DNA of 63,989 nucleotides, the filler included, from Piptocephalis cylindrospora (taxonomy: Eukaryota), in assembly GCA_003614145.1 (NCBI GenBank). It is 6 parts of 6 records of this genome, joined end to end, with 100 filler letters (N's around TTAATTAATTAA, not from the genome) between each part and the next. Parts side by side here need not be neighbours in the genome. Positions count along the whole stretch, not along the records: positions 11,390 to 22,616 come from KZ988006.1; positions 22,717 to 33,836 come from KZ988008.1; 4 more parts are not named here. One strand, 5' to 3'. Of the stretch, positions 12,638-24,020 are shown piece after piece; positions within the stretch are counted from its first letter, which is position 1, and the number at the start of each line of letters is the position of its first letter. The notes beneath the pieces are model-generated. The model was not told where the DNA came from and searched no databases. It was given only the letters and a program-made list of their open reading frames with translations. The translations under genes and the position numbers were made by a program.

Positions 12638-13485
12638 ATGGTAGGTTCAGGTAACGAGATCCCCAATGGGAGGATTCTAATCTTGATGCACATTGAGAGT
12701 AGAAGTACCGCGTTCTTATCCAAGCTCAGATGGAAGGCTTGACCGATTTGACCTTAGCCGAGGGCGAGGTGATACACCTGAGGGTCGAGTGTACCAATTG
12801 CCACTTGGCTCCGGAGGGGACGATGACTTTGGATCCCACGGAGGAGATCGCCTTGAACGGTAGTCGTGGGTCGGCCCATCTGGTCTTTCGATGCAAGGAC
12901 TGTCGCCACGAGAATTCGGCTAGTAAGTCTATGCGGGGGAGAGAGTGTAGCTTGACTTAATTGGTAGTCCCCGACACTCCCATTCCCCCCTTGGTCAATA
13001 TGAGTACATGGGGGATGGATACATGTTCCTTCTTCACCCCATCCTAAACTCACTTCAACCCATTCCGTTGCATCTCACTCTTCCTCACCATATCTTCTAG
13101 CACTGGTGGGAGGGATAAATCGATACTTGGATGCTCAAGCTGGCTCCTGGGCTCCTATGATTGAACTGGACTGCCGGGGTCTGGAACCAGTGGGATTTAA
13201 GCCCATCGGAACCTGGATTGCCAAGGGCGCAGACTCTGGCACCTCCTTTACTGAGATTGATCTCGAGGAGGGCGAATGGATGGATTATGATGAGAAGGTC
13301 AGTAAGGAGGGGAGGCGACCAAGATGATTCATTATTTCTTCTTCTTCCTGAATCCATCCCCTTCTCCATTTCTGTTCATCTAACCACACCTTAAAACTGA
13401 CTGTTCCATTCTATTCCGATCGTTTCTGTAGACGGGCGAGGCTGTTAGTGCATTGGAATTCCAGTCCAAGGTGGAGAGGTGCTAA
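12638..13485 (+). CDS. DUF866 / CXXC zinc-binding protein (C1orf123/CZIB-like), multi-exon
   Basis: Spliced product M|KYRVLIQAQMEGLTDL..CTNC..GSRGSAHLVFRCKDC..LDCRGLEPVGF..SGTSFTEIDLEEGEWMDYDEK|TGEAVS. Confidence 0.9.
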
Positions 13486-16400
13486 ATAGAGGGGGAGGAA
13501 AGGGAGCGAGTAGGAAGGGACGATAGTGACCAGCGGAACCGAATTGATTCTTTTGTAAGTGTCAAGGACCTCCTCAGTCCCTTCCTTACTCCTTCTCCTT
13601 CTCTTTCTCTCCAAAATGCCCAGGATATCTTCAACCTTTCCTACCTCTACTTTCTCTTTCCCTCTCTTTCTTCACCATGTTATTAAAGCGTCCTCTATAC
13701 AATCCAGGACTCTTCCTAAAGGGCACGAAGGGAGGGGGGGATACACCATGCGTTTGTAAGGCTACAAGCAGTGGTGAAGAAAGAAAAAGGTGGTAGGTAG
13801 GGCAGGTAAAGTTGGAGGTAATGAGTGTGAGGGTCTCCCCTACCCAGTGTTGTTAGGGTCACTCTTGGCTTGAGGTGGATGGTGGAGCCGAAAGGAGAGG
13901 GATACCCCGGTCGCTCATCAATCACTCAACTGTGGCTGATGTAATGGGAAAGGCATACACTTGATCCTTTCACCGTTTCATTATCCTTTGGTCGTGTTGT
14001 CATCCTTCTCTCCCCTCCTATTCAGAGATGTGCCGTGGTGGGAGAGGGAAGGGCTGATTGGAGTAGGAAGTTGAATGTCCCATGTGTCTGATGGCGCCTT
14101 TCAGTGTAAGTGACAGAGGTGAGAGGGGAGACGATCTTTTCTCGCTCCCCCCTCCCACCTCTCACATCGAGTGCTTTTCCCTAGTCCTTCCTAATAGGTT
14201 AGACCCCTCTACCCCTTCCCGAAGTTCAATCCTGTCTTGCCGGCTTGGATCTGCAGCTCTTTGACAATACCGGTCAACCGCGTGACAAGGGATTGGAGAA
14301 TGCGTTGATGCTCATCACGAAATGCACACATTGTCCTCCTTCTCCCCCCTTGGATGCACATCATTTCCTTAAGTGGCCTCTCACCTTCTACTCGATGGCC
14401 CATTGTCTTTTTCGTTTACGCGAAAGGGTAAATTCTGCCTCTCTGCTCCGTTAGGGCACAGTTTCCCCCTCTCACCAGGGAGGCATAATCTTCCCATCTC
14501 AGGAAGATACATCTTTGCCCCTATAATAATCTTACAGGAACTCAAGGTAATACAGGGGACTCAGGACAGAGTAAAGATGCGATCAGAGAAGGGTAGGTCT
14601 CAACAGTTTCTCTATGCATGAAGAAGGAAAGAGTATTCCTTTCACCCATTGTCTTTTCCGGACGGAAACAGAAGTCACATCTTACCAGAAAGATGACGAT
14701 TGCGGTGAATGACGATCTTGGTAAGGAATGAGGAGCATAATCTGTACAGGGCGTCAAGTCGAGTGACCTGGCCTCTAGAGGAGGGCTCTCGAGACCCATT
14801 TACCTCTCTTCCACCTTGCCTTCTCGTTCTTTTACTAGTTCTTTTTTTTAGCCACAGTATATCCCTCACTTCCCAGACCACCCGACGCACCAATCGCTCA
14901 CCCTCTCTACCTAGCTATCCGCCTTTCCAGAGGGCCCCAATGTGAAATCCCTGCCCTTGTCTAGGATTGCGTCGTGCAGAATTTTCATGAATCGATTTGG
15001 GCGTGCCGGAGGAAGGTCCTCCTCATTGTCAGATAAGGGCGGGATCCTTGAGCTCCTCCCATCTCACACACCTCCACAGCAATTGGACGGCCTAAAAACC
15101 CTACTTCCCTTGTCGTTACACGGATCCTAAAGGAGAGGAACTATTACATTCTGTCCATCTTGGCTCATTTTCTTTCAGAAATAGGCTAAAGTGAATTGAT
15201 CGTGAAATGGAAGGTGGACAAGAAGTGTAGGTGAACTTGCTTCCCTCCCCCTTCCCTTTCTCTCTCTCATGATGCAAAACTCCTTCCCCCCTCCCAAAAA
15301 AGATACTGATGATTGGATTATAGCATTGGGAGAAGCTGATCACTTTGTGCCTGTACCTGTCTCTTGTCTCTCGGTCTCACCTGTCCAGATCAACCTCCAT
15401 CCACCAGTCATCATAGATGATAAGCCAACTTGGCCAAATTCCAAAGGATGACACGACATCAAGATCCCTGCATAGGCAGAGACCCTTGCTCGTCGCGCTG
15501 CCGTGAACTCACTCGTGCATTCTTTCCCCTCCTTTCATGAAAACACCACAGCCTCTACTACTATGGCGGTGTTCATTGAAAAGGGGCAAGGTCGGAGTGT
15601 AAATGAGGGCCCTTCGGTGAGGGGAATATGTAGTGAAAAAGTGGCAGATGAAACAGCTCTCTCCCACCAGGTCGTGCAGATCTCCTTGTACGTTCTGCAC
15701 GTTACTGTGCGGTAATTACCTGCTCTTTTGTCCCTTTTGAGGGTGATTATCGAGATAGCGAAGTAGAGAAAGGAGGAGTGAATCTGGTGCATATCTTAGG
15801 ATGGGAAATACAGGGTAGGGGCAGATGAGGGGGGGATTGACGAGTCGATGAGGGAGGGCGCGAGGGGACGCACGTTCTGCATCATATCCCCCCCTCCTTG
15901 CTGGGCGTTCATGTGGACGAATGATAGGGGGACATATCGTCGTCATTGTACCACCAGGTCCTTTTTCTCGCTCTATCCCATCTTAGGGTATACCAAGGGA
16001 GCTTTGGATCCATTCGGGAAGGGAGTGCGCATCCCTACTCAATGGTCATGTGAAGGGATAGACCCCTGCCCCATTTTCTCCTATCCTATCCCACCCTACC
16101 CTATCCTATCCCATACTTTCCCCTTTCCTTGGCCCTTCCTCCTCTGTTCACCATACACAAGAACACCCTATGAGAAAGGGTAGCTAGCCAATATCAGTCG
16201 GCGTCATCCCCATCCGCACATCGTGTACACGAGGCGATCAATACATCTTAACCAGCAAAAAAGCATAGACCGGGATCGACAATGGGAATTATTTTTTTCC
16301 TGGCTCATCCATCTTGGTCGGTGGGGGGAAGTGGCGCAATTTAGGGAAAGGGATAAATGTAACCAGTCATCGAGAAGCAGGGTCAATGGGGGGTGAGGTA

Positions 16401-16883
16401 TGTCATGATACTCCCTCGTTTTATCCCCGACACAATGACAAGGGATTTAACCCACCATTTGGAGCCGAGAAGGCTTAGCGCCGGGCCTATTGACCAATTC
16501 CTCATCTTTCCGGGTTAAAGCAAATGATGTCTCCCTCAGGGTCCCTTCCTAGGTTAGAGTAAAGGAAGAGCCGCTCGTGGTCCCTGCCCAAGCCAGTTGA
16601 ATGGGATAATTACCTGTGGGGCGGGGAGAAGAAGCAAAGGTCCATGCGCACACCTAGGGAATCGCATGTGTGCGATAACGAAGAAAGGACGAATAATACA
16701 ACGCCATTAAGCCCCATCCCCTTCCGCCTTCCTTTTCTCCCACCAAGAACCACATGGGTAACAACAGAGAGAAGGGTGAGAGCCACTCGATCCCTTGATG
16801 ACTACGCCCACGTCCCCTCCATGTAGCTCACAAGACGAGCCGAATAGGGCACAAGCCCTTATTCTTTTCCCCATCAAAGTGCA

Positions 16884-16890
16884 TATAAAG
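16884..16890 (+). promoter_or_regulatory. Putative TATA box of the HMG-box gene
   Basis: tataaag about 230 bp upstream of the ATG, followed by a pyrimidine-rich tract. Confidence 0.4.
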
Positions 16891-17118
16891 AGAGCGAGAG
16901 GAAAGGCGGATCATCTAAGCCGAACGTCTTTTATCTCCCTCTCCAACCCTTACTTCAGCCGCCTTCTCATTTCCTAATACCACTCTGTCCCGTCCCATCG
17001 CTTCCTGTCGCATCACATCACATCCCATTCATTCTCTTCTCATCCTATCCCATTCCATTCCACCCCACCCCATCCCGTTTTATCCCATCCTATCCTCTCC
17101 CTCGTTTCATCTCATCTC

Positions 17119-18984
17119 ATGAATTCATCCTATTTTGATCCAGCAGTAACATCGTCCTTCTTAGCCTCTATGAACATCTCCACTTCAGTGAATTTAGAGG
17201 AAGATACCCCAAGCCGAGGGTACACTGTCCCTACACCCTCCAATTCCTCTTTGACTCCATCTCTTCCAACACCCCATGACTCTTCCTTTGGTCCCACCAG
17301 ATCCTTGCTCCATGACCCTCTTCTGGAAGCCTGGTGTAGCACCCTTCCTAACCCCACCTTCCCCCACTTAGGAATGATCAGTCCCATCGAACATCCGCTG
17401 AGAGTGGGTCCTCAGGACACATCACTCCTCCTTCAAAGCTTAGCCCAGCCTCCTGAAGTGAATCCATCCCATAACCTCTTCCAGAACTCCTTGGCCAACC
17501 CTCCATCACCTGTTGCCCATCCATCCCAAGTCAATCTATCCCCCCTGCTGGCCCCATCCTCAGGAATATCCCAGACTCCTATCACGGATCAGTTCTCTGA
17601 AGCAATCCAGTCCATGCAATCCAGCTCCTCGAATCAAACGAGCCCTCAGACCATGTTGGAAAATCAAAGTCTGTTAACTTCATATCTTTCCATGGATACA
17701 TCCAGCGCTCCTACACCAACCGGGATTACGTCCCAAGTACCCGCTTCCCTGGACCTTTTTCAACCGCTCATAGAGGCCTTTCCGCCCACGATGTCGCCCC
17801 CTCTTGAGACCCCCGTCTTGCCCGCCTCCTCCGTCAGCAGGTCTTCCCCACGACGTCTGTCTGTGCGTTCAAGCTACCGAAACTCCGACCATGTCGATCA
17901 TCGCCTTCAGCATCTAGCCTTCCCCAATTCTGTTCCCGAACCACAGATGGCAATTAGCCCAATCCAACATCACCCGATCCAGGCAATCGCTGCCTCCCCT
18001 CAAACCTTCTGGGCCTGTATGCCAGAGGCAACCAGCAAAAACCCACTCAGTCCTATATCACCAGCTTCGTCCGCATTATTAACCGCTCACGCCTCTTCAT
18101 CCAAGGGATATGTGCGTCCAAGTGGTCGGCCCTTTGTACCTCTTTCCTTGAGTCAATCCTCGTCGGCCGTCGACCTCTTCCAGAGCCTAGAGCCATTTCC
18201 AAACAACCCAATCTCTATGGCGAAATCCTCTTCCACTTCCTCCCTCATCACTACTGCCCCACCCTTACCAGGATTCCCATCTACCCCGTTGACCATTTCT
18301 CCCTCCTCTACTACGATGGCCTCTTCTCCCCCCATCCCTACTATGATAACCTCGTTCCCGACTACCGACATAGCCACTCCCCTCCCACTCACACTCTCCA
18401 TCCCCAAGAGAGAAAATGAAGGAATGCTCCCTAAGAAGACCCGATCAACTCAATGCACCTCCACAGATGTACATGGTCTTCCCATTGCCTCTGAGCTACC
18501 TCTTGGCCGCTTCTCACACCCCATGGAGTTTTACCTTTATGTCACTTCACCTATCCATACGTATTTAAATCCGCTTAACAAGAATACTTTGGTAGTGTAT
18601 GCTGGCGTGGATCAATGGGAGATGGAGGATGAGGAGATTCGTAGTCATTACGTTGCTTGCTTCCAATCCCTTCATAAAACCTACTATAGCATGAATGGGT
18701 CTCAGGGGAGAATCCGACGGAGGAAATCTGATACGCCCCGACCTATGAACTCATTCATCCTATACCGCCGGAATACTCGCGGTATGGTCCCTCGGGATGG
18801 GGTCAACACGGCCTCTAGATATCTAGGCAATCGGTGGCAGATGGAGACTCAAAAGATCAAGGAGCATTACAAGTCCCTGGCCAGGGCTTACCAAAACATC
18901 CATCAATTCAATTACCCTAGTTACAAGTATGAACCTCAGCCCAAGACCAAGGACAAGCTCGATCCCGAGGCCAAGAGCATGTGA
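17119..18984 (+). CDS. MATA/SOX-type HMG-box transcription factor
   Basis: 621-aa intronless ORF with S/P-rich N-terminus and C-terminal PRPMNSFILYRR...SRYLGNRW...YKSLA...H..NYPSYKYEP. Confidence 0.9.
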   Translation: MNSSYFDPAVTSSFLASMNISTSVNLEEDTPSRGYTVPTPSNSSLTPSLPTPHDSSFGPTRSLLHDPLLEAWCSTLPNPTFPHLGMISPIEHPLRVGPQDTSLLLQSLAQPPEVNPSHNLFQNSLANPPSPVAHPSQVNLSPLLAPSSGISQTPITDQFSEAIQSMQSSSSNQTSPQTMLENQSLLTSYLSMDTSSAPTPTGITSQVPASLDLFQPLIEAFPPTMSPPLETPVLPASSVSRSSPRRLSVRSSYRNSDHVDHRLQHLAFPNSVPEPQMAISPIQHHPIQAIAASPQTFWACMPEATSKNPLSPISPASSALLTAHASSSKGYVRPSGRPFVPLSLSQSSSAVDLFQSLEPFPNNPISMAKSSSTSSLITTAPPLPGFPSTPLTISPSSTTMASSPPIPTMITSFPTTDIATPLPLTLSIPKRENEGMLPKKTRSTQCTSTDVHGLPIASELPLGRFSHPMEFYLYVTSPIHTYLNPLNKNTLVVYAGVDQWEMEDEEIRSHYVACFQSLHKTYYSMNGSQGRIRRRKSDTPRPMNSFILYRRNTRGMVPRDGVNTASRYLGNRWQMETQKIKEHYKSLARAYQNIHQFNYPSYKYEPQPKTKDKLDPEAKSM

Positions 18985-20469
18985 TTCACTGGCATCTACT
19001 CTTCCTTTGCTTTTTCGCGGCGGCGCTATAGGGCCATATGATTATGTTTTTTTTCAAGGTAATTGACGTTGGATTACTGAACAGTGCTTTGAATGTGAGA
19101 GAGGGGCCGTTTAATTTTTAAAGTATACTCACACTGAAGAGGAAGAAAAGTAGAGGGAAAAGCGCATGGGGATTTAGGAAGATCTCGTGGGCAAGGAGCC
19201 CGTATGACTAAGTTGCGTGATCCAAGGAAATGGAGTTCAACTTATGATTAGACTCGTCTGGATGAAGCATTGGATAGGAAAAAGTAGCTTCCTAGTGGTG
19301 TTAGTGGTGTTAAAATAGGAAGGATGAGTCTCAGGAAGCGCACATAATGAAGAGCTGCCAAGCTGGGAAGAAAAAATGGTTTTGGAGGGATGCGTGTAAA
19401 TAAAGTATGATCACTTTCGTCTACTCTTGTTCCTTTTGTTTTCAAGATTACCACCTCACTATGGTCCAGGTCATTTGTATAGGCTTTTTGAAGTGAGGGC
19501 GATAAGTTTCCAATTATACTGCGCTCCTCCACCTGCACTCTTCTCTTTGTATGATATGTCTCTGCTCACCGTCACAATGGTCTCTCTATCTACAATGAGG
19601 ATCAAAAATATAAGCCCAGTCCCTTATGAAAACAATTTGGATTTTTTTCTCTGCCCATACATTATACAGAGATGTACAGCCAAGCTTAGTATATTCCTCT
19701 TTTAAGAAGCATTTGAAAGATATATATAGTCATAATTAAAAAATTTACTTATCATGAGGAAGGCGCTGCATGTTTATCAAAAATAAAATTAAGCCTAGCT
19801 GAGAAAATGTGGGAGTTATCTACTTACAGAATTAGAAAAGTTCAAAATTTGCTCACCAGTAGTTCAGACGAGAAGGGTGGCTACAATGCGCCTATGGTTG
19901 CATTTAACCATGGCTGGTGGATTCGGAGAAAGTGAAGAATGAACAATTGATACTGGCTTTAACAATATTTCATAGATGTCGAACCTATAAAATGATCATA
20001 TGAGCATGTGCTTGCATTTCCAGAAGGCTTCTTTCCAGTCACATCAAGCCGTACTACTTGTGTTATGATCGTGGTCTTAAGTCGATGGAACCCGAAAGCT
20101 ATCTTACTGAGCATAGCGGGCCTACGCCTTCGATCTATACTGCACTGGTTCTTCTCTCTTTCTCGTCAAGATGAACCATGGACCCAGGTCAGAGCAGAAT
20201 GAGTATGGGCGAAAAAGAACACTTGTATTCTCCTCTGTGGCTCTCCTTAAAGGCCTCCCCGACCCATCTCTGATGGCAAGACGAACGGTCATTAAAAATC
20301 CCAACCAGGTCCATCGCACACACACAAATACACCATAGGTGGCCGGACAAACCCCACCTGATGGAAAACTACATCCCTCCCTCACAGCGCCCGCTTACAA
20401 AGAAGGGGGTGACATCTTCGAGCGAAGGAACCCCCCAGAATGTGGTGTGGGGAAGGGGGGAAGAGGGAG

Positions 20470-20473
<4 letters not shown>

Positions 20474-20504
<31 letters not shown>

Positions 20505-20510
20505 AGAGAG
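20474..20510. repeat. (CA)n(AG)n microsatellite
   Basis: Seen directly; lies just downstream of the CDO1 stop. Confidence 0.9.
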
Positions 20511-20528
20511 CACCGGCTCACAGGACAT

Positions 20529-21326
20529 CTACTTGCACACACGACCACCCTTGGAGTAAAAAGTCTGTTTCCCGGTATCCATGGCCTCCCCAGAGGCCTC
20601 ATCAAAGATGTGGCACCGATCGTAGGGAGGGGTATAAAGATGAAGGGAAAAGGCAGGACGTTCCGTATCGGGGTTAGCCACACGGTGAAGACCGATACGA
20701 TCGTGGATATACGTGACTTGGTCCCTGCCATGCACGGCCTTGGTCAGGATGTTTAGGGGGGGCTGGGAAGCATCGGTGACCGAGGAGTCCGGCCACTCGT
20801 ACTGCACCTCCTCTAGTTGACCATCAAGCAGCTTCATGACACAGTGGGCCCCGCCATGGTCGTGGATACGACTTCCCTTACCCCCACCCCAGGCAAGGAT
20901 CATGAGGTTGAACTTGCCATTACCGTCATCTACCAAGTTTCTCGTATACTTGCTTGGGTCCACATGTGCATACTTTTCCCAATCTGATTCTTGGGAGGTG
21001 TAGGCTTCCATGAGCGCCCGAACTTTTGGGGTGGTTGAGGGGTCTAGACCCCCCTTGGGACCCAGGGTCTCGTGCAACAACTCTAGCAAATGCTCCATAT
21101 CCCTAGGTCGAGTCACCCAAACCGTCTGGCCTTCTACCTGAACCGATACCCTCTTGTCCGAAGAAGAGTGTAAGGACGAGGCGGATGTGATACGACGGGG
21201 AGAGGGGGTCAGCCCTTCGCCTGACCTGGCCCGAAGGGATGGACAGGTGGTGGTGTGACACCTGGAGCACTCTTGGAATGCGTGTGAAGGGTAGAAATTG
21301 GGAGTGCTTGAGGAGGAGATAAGCAT
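20529..21326 (-). CDS. CDO1: Cysteine dioxygenase
   Basis: YTRNLVDDGNGKFNLMILAW, IHDHGGAHCVMK (iron His ligands and cross-link Cys), GLHRV, SLHLYTPP. Confidence 0.95.
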   Translation of the reverse strand: MLISSSSTPNFYPSHAFQECSRCHTTTCPSLRARSGEGLTPSPRRITSASSLHSSSDKRVSVQVEGQTVWVTRPRDMEHLLELLHETLGPKGGLDPSTTPKVRALMEAYTSQESDWEKYAHVDPSKYTRNLVDDGNGKFNLMILAWGGGKGSRIHDHGGAHCVMKLLDGQLEEVQYEWPDSSVTDASQPPLNILTKAVHGRDQVTYIHDRIGLHRVANPDTERPAFSLHLYTPPYDRCHIFDEASGEAMDTGKQTFYSKGGRVCK

Positions 21327-21500
21327 GGTGATGGGTGCTGGGTGCTAGTAGGAAGTGGGCGAGAGGGATAAAGTGAGGGGCAAACACCGAAAAAAAAAAG
21401 AATTCTGTGGCAAAGGTGGAGGAAAGTCGCGGAGCAGCAAAAGAGGAATGTAGAATAGACGTAGAACGGACAAGGGAAAATGAACCCCATGGGTAGCGGC

Positions 21501-21508
21501 TATTTATA
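21501..21508 (-). promoter_or_regulatory. Putative TATA box of CDO1
   Basis: TATAAATA on the minus strand about 175 bp upstream of the ATG. Confidence 0.45.
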
Positions 21509-22616
21509 CCTGAGCGGTGATACTGGGACGGGGAATCAAAAGCCACGGTGTATGAGTGTGTAGGTCTCGACAGGCTTCCATAGGGCCGTTCTCATCTCCA
21601 CCATCGTCATACACCACAAGTACTTAGAGCAGAAGGCCTCATCCCTTCCCTCCTCAAGAAAAGGCGGGGCGGGCTTGCGGGGTAACCAACCCCGGTCGCC
21701 TTCATTCTACCCTCAGTGAGCCAATAACGGTTGGCGGGTCCTCCCGGCTGTGCACGGAAAAGAGAGAGAGGGGGAGGGGGTATCTAGCGTGATACAAAGG
21801 AGAGGGGCAGGCTGGCGACCCCTTACTGGACATACCCTCTCCACCTCATGACGAGGTTGTATAAAGGAGCTGAGTATGGTTCAGACTGGACAACGTGTTG
21901 TTTTACCCAACTGAAATGTAGAGAGGAGGTTTGTGGGGTCAGGAGGGGAGGACTGGGGCAGGCATGCACTCTCGCCTTGAAGAGACGGCTGTCAGTGATA
22001 ATGGGTCTGTTTTAGCAGTTCTCAGGGATGGTGGGTATATATCCTGACAGCTCATGGCCATGGGTATCATGACCTGGTAGCTCATAATGACGGGTATAGC
22101 GACCGGCTGCATGACTCCACCCCATAAACATCATATCACATCACATCGTCATGATCCACTGTGAGACTCTGGTTGTGAGTATGGTGCCTCATACCCCCAT
22201 GGGTCCAGATGATTAAATAGGATCCTCAAGAAAAGGTACAATGAAGCTACATCGACCTATAATGTAGTAGAGGGGACACTTGGACTCCTCAGACGGCTGT
22301 GGATCATCTCAAGAGGATGAGCCAGGAAGGAGTGTCATCCCAGTCTTTCTTCAAGTCATTGTCATCCGATCAACCATGTCCTAAAAGCTACCAGTTTAAG
22401 TCGTATTCACACAGTAAAGCCACTGCCGTATAATGAAGGTGCATGGAGTGTACATAGTGATCGGGAGATGTCAAGGAAGGTCTGTTGTGCTTGTAGGCCC
22501 TTTTATAACATCGTCAAATGGTCTAGATACATAATTACGCCACCTTGGTCATGTGCGTGTTTATGTATGCTCGTGCCTTCATGCCCCTTATCCATCTTCT
22601 CACGATGGTACTTTCA

Positions 22617-22716
22617 NNNNNNNNNNNNNNNNNNNNNNNNNNNNNNNNNNNNNNNNNNNNTTAATTAATTAANNNNNNNNNNNNNNNNNNNNNNNNNNNN
22701 NNNNNNNNNNNNNNNN
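22617..22716. other. Artificial contig linker
   Basis: 44 N + ttaattaattaa + 44 N. Confidence 0.99.
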
Positions 22717-22858
22717 CTTTCCTTTCATTCAATGGGACCAATCCGTACGAACTAAAGGAGAACTGATGGAGTGAGGGGAGGGAGAAGCTCAGGACCATAG
22801 GACTAGAATGGAAAAGAGAGAGACGGAATAGAAACAGGGACTTGGAATGGCATTTTTC

Positions 22859-24020
22859 TCAACTGGATGAGGAAGGAATGGTAGGGACTGGGATGGTAGG
22901 GACAGGCTCGCCTGATGTGGAAGAGGAAGAGGAGGGGTCATCACCCTCCCCTCCCTCTTCCTCGGTCCTTCTCAAGACCGACGGGTTGGACCCCTCCTCT
23001 CCAGATTCAGAGGCGAGGAGGCTTCTACGGATGGCCTCAGCCATCATCATCTCCTCAATATCGACACCAAGGGCCTGGGCCGAGGTGAGATACCGATTCA
23101 TTTGACGGGCGGTGGCGGGAGGGACCGACGAGGAGGTAGAAGGGTCGAGGAGAAGGGACATGGCCCTTCTTGCCCGATCCTGATGCTGAGCCATTCGCCG
23201 ATCCGATCGGAATAGATCCGCCACACCCCCTGTCCCTGACCTAGCCTGTCGTGACCTCGAGGGGGACGAGGGAGAGGGAGGGGGGGGGACGAGGAAGATG
23301 AGTGTCTTTAGAAGTTACCGGGAAGCCTGCCTCAGATTGAGTCGTGGAGGAGAAGGAAGGTGGAGTGTAGGTAATGGAAAAGGGAGAGGATACACAGTAA
23401 GGGCAAGAGGTGGTGGGATAGGGGGAGGAAGAGGATCCCGAATCATTGGGAAAAGGTCGAATCTGAAGGAAACATTCAGTACAAATGACTGTCCTGCAAC
23501 AGGTGGTCATGTTAACATTGGATGGGTAATAGAGGAAACAGATGGGGCATTCCACCGTAAAGGCCAAGTAGGGCATTAATGGCCGGTAGGGCGGGGCGGA
23601 ATGGGAGGACCGAACGGTCAAGGAATTGGATGGAGGGCTCAAATGAGGACCCGAGCAAGGGGACTGAACGGAAAGGGAATCCGAGGAAGGAAGGAGATCA
23701 GAGGAAGGAAGGGTTAGGTGATCCGCACTAGCAGATCGATGAAGGGCGGGTGGAAGAAAGGGTTCTTTGGACGGGGGATCGGACAAAAGATCAGCCTCGT
23801 CCCTCCCAGCGTAGAAAGGGGCTAGACGTCGGGAAAGCTGAAGGTGATGGACCTTACCGACATGATAGTCCCTAGATTCCGCCGAGTACAGGGTGGTCTG
23901 AGGGACAAAATAGCCCTGGTCGATCCTCGCAGTCGGGGAAGGGGAGCAAGTCCGATGCCTTTCCTGATCCGAGGGGTGACCCGTCAGGTGGAAAGGCTTC
24001 TTTGTTAGGACGTTTCCCAT
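22859..24020 (-). CDS. SIP5: Sip5-like RING-type zinc-finger protein (apparent frameshift at a homopolymer)
   Basis: MGN start, IDQGYFVPQ..Y...RRLAPFY, ECPICFLYYP..N.TTCC...ICTECFLQI, CPYC; the downstream frame has UIM-like DIEEMMMAEAIRRSL. Confidence 0.85.

Noticed and set aside
13500..17000. Many 60-110 aa ORFs in intergenic regions (also 24.1-26.8 kb, 28-29.7 kb, 54.3-55.9 kb)
   Set aside because: No motifs or coherent splice structure; many reflect CT/GA-rich promoter tracts.
21661..21750. GC-rich hairpins upstream of CDO1 as a possible riboswitch
   Set aside because: They lie upstream of the putative TATA box, stems are short, and no known aptamer motif such as TPP is present.
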